A stretch of 64,000 bases of DNA from an uncultured Pirellulales bacterium (GCA_964399535.1 CAYNRE010000076.1:22937-86936); one strand, 5' to 3'; numbered from the stretch's first letter, positions 19,044 to 29,266 are shown. Numbers and translations: made by a program. Notes: a model not told the origin generated them from the sequence alone.

Positions 19044-21812
19044 TTAAACCCTGCCAGCCGCCTGGCGCCGCCGGCGAAGCTGCCAGCAGACCGCGGCCGA
19101 CAACAGGGACCAAATCGTCAGGCTTCCCGCCTCGGGCACCATCCGGGCTTCGAGCAGGAACTGGAACGATTGCCCCGCTTGCCCGAAGGCCGCCCCCTGA
19201 TCGGTGAACAGGGTGAGAAATGCGTAGTGTCGCCCCGGCCCCAGCAAGGGATCGGCCGTCAGTTGATAATCGACCGACTCGCCGCTCCCCAGAACCTGGC
19301 CAGGCTGGAAGCCCAACAGCGAGAACGCCGCCGCGTCGGGGCCCGTGAGGCTGTAGCCCAGAAGCGTCAGGTCGGTAAGAGTGGAATCACCCCCGTTGGG
19401 GTCGGTCGAGGTATTGGCGATCGACAGCACGTCGGTTCCGCTCGGCGGGCCGGGGTGGGTGTTGTCGAACACGGTAATTTGGGAGCCATTAGCCGGAGTG
19501 CTCTGAAAATTCGGACCGACGCTTTGGCCCAACAGGTTCACTCCCACCATTTCCGGCTGATTCCAACCGTTGGTACTGCCGTTGGTCGTCGACACGATCA
19601 GGGCCGCGTTGTCGAACCCGCGCTGATTCGGAGCATAGACGAACTGAAAGCTGGCGCTCGCGCCGTCATCCAGGTCGAAAGTTCCGCCGGCGCCGCTAAA
19701 CGCGGTTGAGCCGAGCGGAGACCCCACGCTGCCGTGCAAGTTGCTCGCACTGCCCAAACCCGAAAGGTTGCCATCGCCCACGTTCTGGACGTCGACCACG
19801 GCCACGGTGGTCGCCGTGCCGAAGCGGACCAGACCCGCCTGGGCGACCGTCACCTGGTTGACCGGGGCCACGGCCTGCCCGGAAAGCGAAAACACCCGGC
19901 CGTGGACCTGGTTCGTCCCATCGGCGCTGCCGTTCTCGAATTCCGCCGCCAGGTTTACCGTGGTGCTCCCCCGCTGCACCGGAGCGAATTGATAATGGAA
20001 GCTCTCCGTCGAGGCGTCGGGCAGCGAGAATAGGTCGCTACCCTGCAGGGTGAAGGGTCCGCCGCCGGTCGAGATTTGCCCTCGCAAGTTGGTCGCCGCT
20101 CCCAACCCCGAGAGGTTGCCGTCTCCCAGGTTGGAAAGCCCCACGCTGGCGCTGCCTACCTGGCCGACCAGTACGATTCCGGCACTGTTGGCCGATTCGT
20201 CGAACGCCGAGCTGACCGGGGCCACCCCCTGGCCGCTAATCGTGAACCCGCGCGTGTGGGCCTGGTTCGTACCGTCCGGGCTGCCATTGGTAAACGCCGC
20301 GCTGAGCGCCTGGCTGTCGCTGCCGCGGGCCGAGGGGGTGTAGCTATAGGTAAACTGGCCGCTCTGGCCGTCTCCCAGTTCGAACCCTCCAGACCCCAAC
20401 CGGGCAAACTCTCCACTGGCGCCGGGCAAACTGCCGTGCAGGTTGCTGACGCTACCCGCGCCCGACAGGTTTCCGTCTCCTACGTTGCCCACGTCGACCT
20501 GCATGGTCCGCGTTGCGCCCACCAGGGTCGGCCCCGCGTTGGCATTGGTCACGGCCCCACTAACCGGCGCGACCCCCTGACCCTGAAGCGTCAGCGTCGA
20601 GGTGCCTTTCTGGGTGACGATCGAGGCCCCCTGCGAATCGGACCCGCGGGCCGTCGGGCTGTAGCCGTATTGGGCCCCAACGGGTACTCCACCGATCCAT
20701 TGGTCGACGAATCCGTACTGCGTTCCAGCCGCCGTGTGGAACTCGCTCGCCGGATCGACGAAGTTGATGCTCAGCCGGCTGCCCACCTGGCCGGTGTTCG
20801 TGGCGGTCACCGTTTGCGACGCCGACTGGCCGACCAGCACGTTGCCAAACGAGACGCTGCCCCCGCTGCCCGGATTGGTTGCCACCCCGCTCGTGTCGGC
20901 GAGCAGGTTGTTATTGGCCGTTAGCATCGCCTGCTGGGCCCAAAACGCGTACCCCACCTGGTCAAGGTGAATCGGGTCGTACCCGAAGGCGGAATTCATT
21001 CGGGCCAGCGGCGTGGGCAAGTCCAAATTGCTGAAGCCCCAGCTGATCAACTGCATCAGCCCTTCGCTGTCGCTGTAGTGCACTCGCGGATTGCCCACCG
21101 CCACGTTGGTCTTGAAGTCTTCCAGCCCGAAAACCGAGTTGTTGAAGTCGGGCGCTTTCTGCGATCCAAACAGGGCCCGATTCAATTGCCCCGCCGAGGG
21201 CGCGCCCTGCAGCAGCCACAGGGCCGTGGTTCCCGTGTCGCCGGCCAAGACCGGCTCGATGTAATTCAGGTAGTCGTAACTAGCGATGGTGACCTGAATC
21301 GTCGGCCGCACGGCCAGGATCTGATCGACCAGCGATTGCACATTGGCCTGGACGCCGCTGTAAAGACTGTTGAGCTGGGCCGGGGTGAGCGCCGTGTTGT
21401 AGGCCCCCAGGAAGTCGTTGCCGCCAATGCTCAGGTGGACCATGTCGATGGTCGGAAAGGCCAGCAGCGGGGCGATTATCTGCGAACTGACCAGGGCCGG
21501 CGTGTTCAACCCGGCCGCGGTCATTCCGCCGATCGACGTATTCACGTGGGTCGTACCCACAAAGCCGTTGGTCGCGATCACGGTGTCCCAGACCGGCTGT
21601 GAAAAGGCGCCCCAGCTATCGCCGGTTACCAGGATTCGGGGCTGAGCCCGCGCCGGCGAACACGCCGAGGCGAGCACTCCCAGCACGAGCCCGACCCGCA
21701 AGATCAGCGCTCGCCGAGCCCCACCTGGGCATCCCGAACTCCGGCCGTCGGAGCAAGCTGCGAGACCGCCGAGTACGCTGGCACGCATGAAATCAGACAA
21801 CCGGTCGTGCAT
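19044..21812 (-). CDS. PEP-CTERM-type surface protein with N-terminal SGNH/GDSL hydrolase domain and repeated Ig-like (ASH/choice-of-anchor-D-like) domains
   Basis: Signal-like N-terminus; SGNH blocks TGDSWG, GGNDF and DPIH; three copies of N(V/L)GDGNLSGxGxx(S/T)NLxG; C-terminus VPEAGSLTIWSLLSAAVCWQLRRRR. Confidence 0.8.
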   Translation of the reverse strand: MHDRLSDFMRASVLGGLAACSDGRSSGCPGGARRALILRVGLVLGVLASACSPARAQPRILVTGDSWGAFSQPVWDTVIATNGFVGTTHVNTSIGGMTAAGLNTPALVSSQIIAPLLAFPTIDMVHLSIGGNDFLGAYNTALTPAQLNSLYSGVQANVQSLVDQILAVRPTIQVTIASYDYLNYIEPVLAGDTGTTALWLLQGAPSAGQLNRALFGSQKAPDFNNSVFGLEDFKTNVAVGNPRVHYSDSEGLMQLISWGFSNLDLPTPLARMNSAFGYDPIHLDQVGYAFWAQQAMLTANNNLLADTSGVATNPGSGGSVSFGNVLVGQSASQTVTATNTGQVGSRLSINFVDPASEFHTAAGTQYGFVDQWIGGVPVGAQYGYSPTARGSDSQGASIVTQKGTSTLTLQGQGVAPVSGAVTNANAGPTLVGATRTMQVDVGNVGDGNLSGAGSVSNLHGSLPGASGEFARLGSGGFELGDGQSGQFTYSYTPSARGSDSQALSAAFTNGSPDGTNQAHTRGFTISGQGVAPVSSAFDESANSAGIVLVGQVGSASVGLSNLGDGNLSGLGAATNLRGQISTGGGPFTLQGSDLFSLPDASTESFHYQFAPVQRGSTTVNLAAEFENGSADGTNQVHGRVFSLSGQAVAPVNQVTVAQAGLVRFGTATTVAVVDVQNVGDGNLSGLGSASNLHGSVGSPLGSTAFSGAGGTFDLDDGASASFQFVYAPNQRGFDNAALIVSTTNGSTNGWNQPEMVGVNLLGQSVGPNFQSTPANGSQITVFDNTHPGPPSGTDVLSIANTSTDPNGGDSTLTDLTLLGYSLTGPDAAAFSLLGFQPGQVLGSGESVDYQLTADPLLGPGRHYAFLTLFTDQGAAFGQAGQSFQFLLEARMVPEAGSLTIWSLLSAAVCWQLRRRRQAAGRV

Positions 21813-22093
21813 TGATCCACCCAGACGTCAATCGATCGCACCCCCCAAAATAGCGACCCCCCATTCTAAGTAGTTCGATCCGCGGCGCCAAACGGTAAGC
21901 AGGGAGGAAGCAAAATCCAATGCTTTCTCGGAGACACGAGTCGACTTGGACACACAGTTGAATCCCACCTAGAATAGGGGCCAACAATGGGGGGTCGCCT
22001 GACCCGTCAAAGGTTGAGTACAGTCAGGATACCTGGGCACCATTGACGCACCGAATTGGGACGATGCGCTTTCGCGGAGCGGAGATAGAAGCA

Positions 22094-25000
22094 ATGCCTC
22101 ACAGAATGGCTGGGTCGTTGGAAAACCGCCGCGCGGCCCATTCCGGACGCCGAGGATTGTTCGGCACCGTCGCTAGCCGCCCACCCTTTTGGGCAATCGC
22201 CGTATCGCTCGGGCTCGCTGCCGGCTTGGCCAGCGTACGGCTGGCAACCGCGGGAACTCTCCTGATCGACTCGTCGGCCGGAACCGTCAACGGCGTTTCG
22301 TCGGGTGTCTGGCGCGGTACCAACTTCACGGTCTCGAACACGGCGACCACAACCGTGATTCGCTTTTTTGGTGATTGGGACGTCAGCGGAGATCTTGTCA
22401 CCGGCTCGGGCAGCCGTGCCGTTTCGATCTTGGTCGGCGACGACCTGCTCGCGACCGGCGCCACCTTCGATTTCGATGCGAGCGGCGTCACCGCGGGGGC
22501 CGGCGGCGGCAGCGGCGGACTAGGTGCCGGCGCGGCCGGATCGGGAGGGGGCCAGAATGGCTTCGGCGGCGGTGGTGGGGGCGGCGGTGCCGGCGCGGGC
22601 GCCGTGCTCGGTACCTTCCCCGGACTGCCAGGCAACACTGGCAACGGCGGGGGTGGCGCGTCGAGCGGCGCGGCCGGTGGCTCGGGAACCGCCGGAGCTA
22701 GCGGCGGCGCCGGCGTCAACTCGCCCGGCAGCAGCGGCACTGGCGGCGGCGCTGGTGCCGGTGGAGCCGCCGGAGGCGCCGGCGCAACCGGCGGTGGTGG
22801 CGGCGCCGGTTCGGGTGGAGCAATTTGGTTTACGCCTGGCACACCCGGCTTGCCCGGCGGCGACGGATCTCCGGGGGCCGCGGGCGGCGCTGGCAACCCC
22901 GGCGGAACCGGGGCCGCGGGGCTCAACACGGGCACGGGCGCAGCGATCTCTGGCGGCGGTGGCGGCGGCCAGGGGGGCGGTGGCGGACAAGGGGGGGGCG
23001 GGGGCGGGGGCGGCGGCGCCGGTGGTGGTGGCGGCGGCGGCGGCGGCGCCGGTGGCTTTACCAATATCGGCTTCATCCTTCCGCTCTGGGGAGGTATCGG
23101 CGGAGACGGAGGCAGCGGCGGCGGTGGAGGCAACGGAGGATCCGGCGGTGCCGCCGGTGCGGGGGGCGCGGGCGGCGGCGGCGGCGGCGCCTTCGAAGTG
23201 TTGGCCAACGGCCGCCTTGTTTACGATGGCGGCAGCTTCTCGGCTCGCGGAGGAGACGCTCTGCTGTCGGGTACGGGAACCGGCGGCACCAGCGGAAGCG
23301 GGGGCGGCGGCGGCGCACCAGGAAACCCGGACCTGCCCGGACCGTTTCCCCAGGCGGTCAATACCAACGGCGGCTATGGCGGCAATGGGGGCAGCGGCGG
23401 CGGAGGAGGCAGCGGCGGCAACGGAGGATCGGGCGGAGGCGGCGGGGGCGGCGCGGGCGGCACCGTAAAGCTGGTCGGCACGGCAACCGTCGGAGCGGCC
23501 TCGACCGTGAACGTCGAGGGGGGAAGTGGCAGCGCCGCCGGAGGCGACGGCCGGTTTCTCTTCGGTAACAACACCAGCGCGGCTTTCGGCGGGTCCGTCG
23601 GCGGTGCCGTCACCACCACGCTTGTCGGGCCCACCAATGCCAACCCCTATGTCTCCGGCACCCCGCAAACCGCGCTCATCGCCGGGCTCGCCGGCGGAGC
23701 CGAGGCCTACGGGCTGACCGCGCTGAGCGCCACCGGAGATTTCGCCAGCACCATTGCCGAAGCGCCCGATTTCGCGATCGCGGCCCTGGTTCGCCAGCCC
23801 TCGGCCCAGTTGCTGGGCGAGAACTACACGGGTTACGACGCCCTTTATTACGTCAACGTGCGGGGGTACGGAACCCGCCCCCTCGACGCGCCCAGCCTGG
23901 GGGTAGGCAGCGGAGTGTTGGCCCAGGCACAGCAAGGCGGATTCGCCGCGCAGCCGGCCTTCGGCGGCAGTGGCCCCACGCCACTGACCGCGTTGGCGGC
24001 CAACGAGGTTTACGCCACGCTGGTTCCCACCAGTCGCAACCTGAACTACAACTTCGCCGCCACGTTGGGCGGAAACGCTTACACCAGCGCGAACAACACG
24101 CTCACCGTGGGAAGCACTGTCTACCTGGTCGGGCCGGCGCCGGTGGTGCAAACCAACCCTGGCCCCGGCGGCACGCTGAGCTTCGGCAAAGTGCTGGTCG
24201 GCCAAACGGGCACGCGGACGTTTCAGGTCTCCAACGTCGGCCCCGCTGAAAGCGTGCTCTTCGGAGCCACGGCCACTCCGGTCGGCGCCGAATTCGGCGG
24301 GACGGGCCAGGCATTCGACCTGGATAGCAGCCAAAGCGTTGATCAGCTTTACACCTACGCACCCAAAAACCGCGGCAGCGACGCCCAGTTTCTCACCACG
24401 CAAACCACCGCCGCCAGCCTTGCCGATCCGTTGGTATTGCTCTCAGGACAGGGGGTGGCCCCGGTCAACCAGGTTACTTTCGTCAACCCGCCCAATACCC
24501 GGATCGGCGAAACCAGCACCGCCTCGGTCACGGTCCTCAATACGGGCGACGGCAACCAATCGGGCCTGGGAACCATGAGCAACTTGCAGGGAATGCTCTG
24601 GGCGCCGCTGGGCTCGCACGCCTTCCTCGGCGGCGGCAGTACGATTCAATTGGCCGATGGAGCCTCGCGAACTTTCAACTTCCAATTCGCGCCGACCACG
24701 CCCGGCACCGAGCAGGCGATTGTGACCGCGGCTCTGACCAACGGTCGAGCCGACGGGAGCAATCTGCCGGAAAACGTGACCGTTATGCTCACCGGCGAAG
24801 GGTTCACGCCCCTTTTCGCCGCTTCGGCCTCGACCGGCGAGATCGAATTCGTCGACGTGCCGGCCGGCGGCTCGGCCAGCCAAACGCTGGTGATCTCCAA
24901 CGCCAGCACCCAGCTTTCTGGCGATGTGCTGGCACTGTCCGTCCCTACGCTCGCCTCGATGAGCGATACGACCCTGACCGCCCTGACGCTGTTGGGGTAC

Positions 25001-25336
25001 GAGATTACAGGCCCGGGGGCGGGCGCCTTTCAACTGCTTGGCTTCCAGCCCGGCCTGGTCCTGGGAGAACAGCAGTCGACTTCGCTCGTGGTCCAGTTCG
25101 ATGCGCCAAGTCAGGCATCGCCGCTCGAGGCGTATCTCACCTTTTTCACCGACCAGGGGGCCTCGTTCGGCCAGGCCGGCCAGAACTTCTCGTTCCAACT
25201 CAGTTCGCATCACACGCCCGAGCCAGCTTCGTTCGCCATCTGGACCGGGCTGGGCCTGGCAGCCTGGCTCGCTCACGGTCGCCGGCGACGCAAGGCCGCA
25301 TGCCCACCATCGGGCCCGCCATCGGTGAGCCGCTAA
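22094..25336 (+). CDS. PEP-CTERM surface protein with long Gly-rich (PGRS-like) region and Ig-like domains (~1080 aa)
   Basis: Signal helix (AIAVSLGLAAGLASVRLATA), poly-Gly region, NTGDGNQSGLGTMSNLQG repeat, C-terminus TPEPASFAIWTGLGLAAWLAHGRRRRK. The start is uncertain (TTG 22043 or ATG 22064/22094/22106); GGAG lies 9 nt before 22094. Confidence 0.8.
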   Translation: MPHRMAGSLENRRAAHSGRRGLFGTVASRPPFWAIAVSLGLAAGLASVRLATAGTLLIDSSAGTVNGVSSGVWRGTNFTVSNTATTTVIRFFGDWDVSGDLVTGSGSRAVSILVGDDLLATGATFDFDASGVTAGAGGGSGGLGAGAAGSGGGQNGFGGGGGGGGAGAGAVLGTFPGLPGNTGNGGGGASSGAAGGSGTAGASGGAGVNSPGSSGTGGGAGAGGAAGGAGATGGGGGAGSGGAIWFTPGTPGLPGGDGSPGAAGGAGNPGGTGAAGLNTGTGAAISGGGGGGQGGGGGQGGGGGGGGGAGGGGGGGGGAGGFTNIGFILPLWGGIGGDGGSGGGGGNGGSGGAAGAGGAGGGGGGAFEVLANGRLVYDGGSFSARGGDALLSGTGTGGTSGSGGGGGAPGNPDLPGPFPQAVNTNGGYGGNGGSGGGGGSGGNGGSGGGGGGGAGGTVKLVGTATVGAASTVNVEGGSGSAAGGDGRFLFGNNTSAAFGGSVGGAVTTTLVGPTNANPYVSGTPQTALIAGLAGGAEAYGLTALSATGDFASTIAEAPDFAIAALVRQPSAQLLGENYTGYDALYYVNVRGYGTRPLDAPSLGVGSGVLAQAQQGGFAAQPAFGGSGPTPLTALAANEVYATLVPTSRNLNYNFAATLGGNAYTSANNTLTVGSTVYLVGPAPVVQTNPGPGGTLSFGKVLVGQTGTRTFQVSNVGPAESVLFGATATPVGAEFGGTGQAFDLDSSQSVDQLYTYAPKNRGSDAQFLTTQTTAASLADPLVLLSGQGVAPVNQVTFVNPPNTRIGETSTASVTVLNTGDGNQSGLGTMSNLQGMLWAPLGSHAFLGGGSTIQLADGASRTFNFQFAPTTPGTEQAIVTAALTNGRADGSNLPENVTVMLTGEGFTPLFAASASTGEIEFVDVPAGGSASQTLVISNASTQLSGDVLALSVPTLASMSDTTLTALTLLGYEITGPGAGAFQLLGFQPGLVLGEQQSTSLVVQFDAPSQASPLEAYLTFFTDQGASFGQAGQNFSFQLSSHHTPEPASFAIWTGLGLAAWLAHGRRRRKAACPPSGPPSVSR
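22495..23470 (+). repeat. Low-complexity Gly-rich coding tract (GGC runs)
   Basis: Repeated GGGGGGGGA/GGSGG/GGNGG units interrupted by short hydrophobic inserts. Confidence 0.85.
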
Positions 25337-25403
25337 ATCGGCTGGACGAACGGCCTGTGAAAGGTTTCAGCAAATTGCTTGATCGCGCGGACGCGATCGC
25401 AGA

Positions 25404-25628
25404 TTAGCGACCTAAGGCTTTATTCGGCGAGCCGCCAGCGGTCGGCGACACTGTCTTGCCGGCAGGCGACGGGACTGCTCGCGTGGCAAATCCAAGCAGC
25501 ACTGCTTCAGCACGAACCCGAAAGGTTGGATCGTTCTTGCCGCGTTCCTCCAGATACTTTCGCACCTCGGGTGCGTCACCGCTCCCGTGCTTGTGCAGCA
25601 GGTTGGTGAATTCGATCAGTTCGTTCAT
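25404..25628 (-). CDS. Small hypothetical protein (74 aa, MNELIEFTNLLHKHG...)
   Basis: ATG 25628 with a GGGAG SD about 8 nt upstream. The amphipathic helical sequence is unlike the Arg/Pro-rich shadow ORFs, and it fills an otherwise empty gap. Confidence 0.55.
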   Translation of the reverse strand: MNELIEFTNLLHKHGSGDAPEVRKYLEERGKNDPTFRVRAEAVLLGFATRAVPSPAGKTVSPTAGGSPNKALGR

Positions 25629-25836
25629 CCCCACACTCCCAAGACGAAACTCCGAAGAACGGTGGAATCGGTCTTTTACCCGCGAGACGCCCGCCGCCCT
25701 CACCATCGAGCTGAGTGCTAACCGGTCGCCCTAGGCGATCAAGGGAGCTATCGCACCGTTCGTTCGGATGGAAACTGTTGAATCCCATAGGATCGCCCTC
25801 CTTACACCCTCTAAGTGCGCCGGACGGCCGAATTCC

Positions 25837-25906
25837 AAAAAAAAACGAAGCCCCCCCGGAATGGTTGGTTGTTGGCTGGCAGCTCAGCAATGACCCCGGG
25901 GGGGGC
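25837..25906 (-). terminator. Probable Rho-independent terminator downstream of the peptidase-epimerase pair
   Basis: On the minus strand, GCCCCCCCCGG...CCGGGGGGGC stem followed by TTCG and a 9-nt T tract (A run 25837-25845 on +). The loop is unusually long (~35 nt). Confidence 0.55.
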
Positions 25907-26042
25907 ACCACCGGACAAACCGATCCAACGGCTGCTCTCCACACGATTTAGCGCCGTAGCGGTGGGCGCCAGTCGGCAGACGGCCCGGCGCAGGGACCAC
26001 CCAAAATGCGGGTGCGGGAAGCGTTCTGCCGGGTGGCTTGCG

Positions 26043-26960
26043 CTAAGCGCCGGCACGGCCGCCTTGGATTGTCGCGACGAGTTGTTGCACCGTCTCTTCC
26101 AGCAACCGTTGGCCGCCGAACTCCAGCCCCAGCCCGCGCAGTTTGCCGGTCTCGATCTCGTGCCGCGGCCGCGACTGGCCGCCGGCGATTTCGCTCGAGC
26201 TGCCCGTAATCTCGCGCGCCAAGTGGGCAACGTCCCACTCGGACACATAGCGGTCGTAACAGTTGAACACCTGCCCGGCGATGTCGGGCACGGTCAGCAG
26301 CCGGCACACTGCGCGGGCCACGTCGGCCGCGTGCACCTCTTTTCCGCCGCCCCGGCAGGCCACCGGCTGGCCGCGCACCACGGCGGCTACCAGGTCGTAC
26401 CATTTGCTCGCCTGCGGCGGATGGGCCAGGCCGTAAATGCCGGTCGGCCGCAAGGCACAAATCTCGTAGCCCTCGCCCCAACCGTAGCTGCGCACAAACT
26501 GCTCGATGGCGGCCTTGTGAGCCCCGTAGTGGTGATTGCTCCAGGTCGGGTGCGCTTCGTCGAGCGACCGATCGTCGAGAACTACTTCGTGAACCGCGCA
26601 GGTCGAAAGGAAGACGAAGCGACCCGCGCCGGCGGCCCGGGCCGCTTCGATCAGCCGTAGCGTGCCAACCACGTTGCGCTCGACGAACTGGACCACGCTC
26701 CCCTCGGCGCGGCGAAACCCGCGCCCGGGCCGATCGAGCGCCGCGTGAACCACCGCCTGACAGCCCGCCACCAGCGTGGCCGCGCTGTCCGGATCGGCCA
26801 GGTCGCCCGGCACCCATACCAGTTGACCGGCTAGTTCCTCCAGCCCCCCGCGGTCGCTCGAGGGCCGAAACCAGGCCCGGCAGTCATGGCCCTGGGCAAC
26901 CAGCGCGCGGACCAGGTAGCGCCCCAGAAACCCGCTGGCTCCGGTTACGGCTACTCGCAT
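26043..26960 (-). CDS. NAD-dependent epimerase/dehydratase (extended SDR), 305 aa
   Basis: TGASGFLG Rossmann motif, FVFLST, YGAHK (YxxxK), LRPTGIYG. Confidence 0.9.
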   Translation of the reverse strand: MRVAVTGASGFLGRYLVRALVAQGHDCRAWFRPSSDRGGLEELAGQLVWVPGDLADPDSAATLVAGCQAVVHAALDRPGRGFRRAEGSVVQFVERNVVGTLRLIEAARAAGAGRFVFLSTCAVHEVVLDDRSLDEAHPTWSNHHYGAHKAAIEQFVRSYGWGEGYEICALRPTGIYGLAHPPQASKWYDLVAAVVRGQPVACRGGGKEVHAADVARAVCRLLTVPDIAGQVFNCYDRYVSEWDVAHLAREITGSSSEIAGGQSRPRHEIETGKLRGLGLEFGGQRLLEETVQQLVATIQGGRAGA

Positions 26961-26994
26961 GGCGGCAGTCTCCCGGCGCGGGTCGCCCGATCGA

Positions 26995-29067
26995 TTACTG
27001 CGGCCCGGCAGGGCAATACTGCTTGAGCCAAGCGAAGATCTCCTGGTGCCAGAAGACGCTATTGGCGGGCTTCAGAACCCAGTGCCCCTCGTCGGGGAAG
27101 TTGATCATCTTCGAGGGCACCCCCAACCGCTGCAGCACGGTGAACATCATCAGCCCCTCGCCCACCGGCACGCGAAAATCCTGATCGTTATGAATGATCA
27201 GCATGGGCGTTTTGAAATTGCCGGCGAACAGGTGCGGAGAATACTTTTCGTACGATTCGCGGTTCACCCAGGGTGGGCCGCCGTGTTCCCACTCGTCGAA
27301 CCAAATCTCTTCAGTGCTGGCGTACATGCTGTCGAAATTGAACACGCCGCAGTGGCAAATCAGCGTGCGGAACCGGTCGGTGTGGCCGGCGAACCAGTTC
27401 ATCATGTAGCCGCCGAAACTGGCCCCGGCAGCCGCCATCCGCTGCGGGTCGACATAGGGCAGCCGGGCCAGGTAATCGGCTCCGGCCATCAGGTCCTCGA
27501 AACACTTGCCGCCCCAGTCGCCCGAAATCTCGTTCACGTACTGCTGCCCAAAGCCGGTGCTCCCGCGCGGATTGGGCATGGCCACCACATAGCCCTGGGC
27601 GGCCCATACCTCGGGGTTCCAGCGGTAACTCCAACTATCGGTCCAGGCCCCCTGCGGTCCGCCATGCACCAGGTACACCAGCGGCCATCGCTGGGACGGA
27701 TCGAACCCCGGCGGCTTCAGAATCCACATCTGCATCGGCGTGCCGCCGGCCCCCGGCACGTCGACGCTCTCCGGGCGAGGCAAATCGAGCCTGGCCAACA
27801 GCTCGCGGTTCGCCTGACTCACCACGGTCAGCTTGCCGCTGCCGTCGATCAGGCACACTTCGGGCGGGCTGCTCATGGTTGCTCGCAGGGCGGCGGCGCG
27901 CTCGCCGGAGTTGGCCGCCGATAGCGACGCGATCGACCCGCCCGTGGCGAAGGGCTTGGGCCCGCCCCCGTCGCGGGGCACGCGATACACCGACGTAGCG
28001 CCGCGCACTTCGGCCAGAAACAACAGTGCACTACCATCGGCGGTCCAGAGCAATTGATCGACCGAGGCATCGAGCTCGGCCGTAAGCGAGCGCGCCTTGC
28101 CTCCGGCCGCGGGGCGCACGTAAAGCTGCCAGCGGTCGGCTTCGAACCCGGCCTGCGACTGGGCGCGGTAGGCCAGCCACCGGCCGTCGGGCGAAAACCG
28201 CGGACAGCCGTCGGCCGCGGGATTGTCTTCGGTAAGGTTCTCGGCCGGCCCCCCCTCGATCGAGACCCGCCACAGGTCGTGATTCGTATTCCATGCCTCG
28301 TTCACTTGGGCCGGCGCCGTGAATACCAGGGCCCGGCCATCGGGCGTAAAGGTGAAGTCGTCGCCCACCGAAAACGTGGTCGACGTGGGATAGGCATCCC
28401 AATCGCCAGGCGTCACGTCGCGGGGTTCGCCCCCCGAGGCCGGCAAGACGAACAGGTGCTGGCGCTTCCCCTCGACCCAACTATCCCAGTGGCGAAAGAA
28501 CAACCGGTCGAACACCCGGGCCTTGACCGGGTTCTTTTCGGCCTCGTCGATCCGCCGCTGGTGGGCCGCGTCGGCCTCGGCCGGCGCGAGCGAGGAGTAT
28601 TCCGGAAACACCGCCGAGACGAACGCGATCCACTTTCCGTCGGGCGACCAGAGGGCCCCCGAGGCTTCGCTGGCCAACCGGGTGAGTTGGCGTGCCTCGC
28701 CCCCATCGACGTCGATCACCCACAACTGCAAGCTGCCCGAGCGATTGGACTGAAACAACACCTGCTTGCTGTCGGGGCTGAAGCGGGGATGCGAGTCTTT
28801 CTTGTCGGTGGTGGTGAGCTGGCGCGGCGCCCCACCCTCGGTCGAAACGAGCCAAAGCGTGGAACTGGTCGAGTTCTTGGCCACGTCGGCCCGCGTGGCT
28901 ACGTAAACCACCCACCGCCCGTCGGGGCTGATTTCCGGGTCGGCCAGTCGCTCGATGGCCAACAAATCGTCGACGGTCATGGGGCGGCCCTCGGCCGCCG
29001 CGCTCGCATGGCGGATGGTCAAGCTCAGTCCCCCCAGAAAAACGACAAGCCAGGTGAGTCGCTGCAT
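26995..29067 (-). CDS. Secreted S9-family (prolyl oligopeptidase/acylaminoacyl-peptidase-like) serine peptidase, 690 aa
   Basis: Signal peptide, PD40/TolB-like propeller repeats (PRFSPD), HGGPQG, GASFGG nucleophile, DFRVP Asp, EGHW His. Confidence 0.92.
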   Translation of the reverse strand: MQRLTWLVVFLGGLSLTIRHASAAAEGRPMTVDDLLAIERLADPEISPDGRWVVYVATRADVAKNSTSSTLWLVSTEGGAPRQLTTTDKKDSHPRFSPDSKQVLFQSNRSGSLQLWVIDVDGGEARQLTRLASEASGALWSPDGKWIAFVSAVFPEYSSLAPAEADAAHQRRIDEAEKNPVKARVFDRLFFRHWDSWVEGKRQHLFVLPASGGEPRDVTPGDWDAYPTSTTFSVGDDFTFTPDGRALVFTAPAQVNEAWNTNHDLWRVSIEGGPAENLTEDNPAADGCPRFSPDGRWLAYRAQSQAGFEADRWQLYVRPAAGGKARSLTAELDASVDQLLWTADGSALLFLAEVRGATSVYRVPRDGGGPKPFATGGSIASLSAANSGERAAALRATMSSPPEVCLIDGSGKLTVVSQANRELLARLDLPRPESVDVPGAGGTPMQMWILKPPGFDPSQRWPLVYLVHGGPQGAWTDSWSYRWNPEVWAAQGYVVAMPNPRGSTGFGQQYVNEISGDWGGKCFEDLMAGADYLARLPYVDPQRMAAAGASFGGYMMNWFAGHTDRFRTLICHCGVFNFDSMYASTEEIWFDEWEHGGPPWVNRESYEKYSPHLFAGNFKTPMLIIHNDQDFRVPVGEGLMMFTVLQRLGVPSKMINFPDEGHWVLKPANSVFWHQEIFAWLKQYCPAGPQ

Positions 29068-29266
29068 CGCGGGCCCCCTTGGATCTTAAGTGTTCAGCTC
29101 GTGGTGCGCCCTTGGCCTCGACCTCGATACAGCTTGGCCAGCGCAAGTTGGGGCAGTGTACCCGCTGGGGTGCCCGCCTGGCGAGCGCCGAGGGTGACAG
29201 CGGCGCCCAGGACGCAATCGAGGCCGCAGCGCACACGCGCGGGCACAGCCCACCGATGCGACCGTG

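Noticed and set aside
22099-23208. 369-aa poly-proline ORF on the minus strand
   Set aside because: It is the antisense shadow of the Gly-rich tract (GGC/CCG symmetry).
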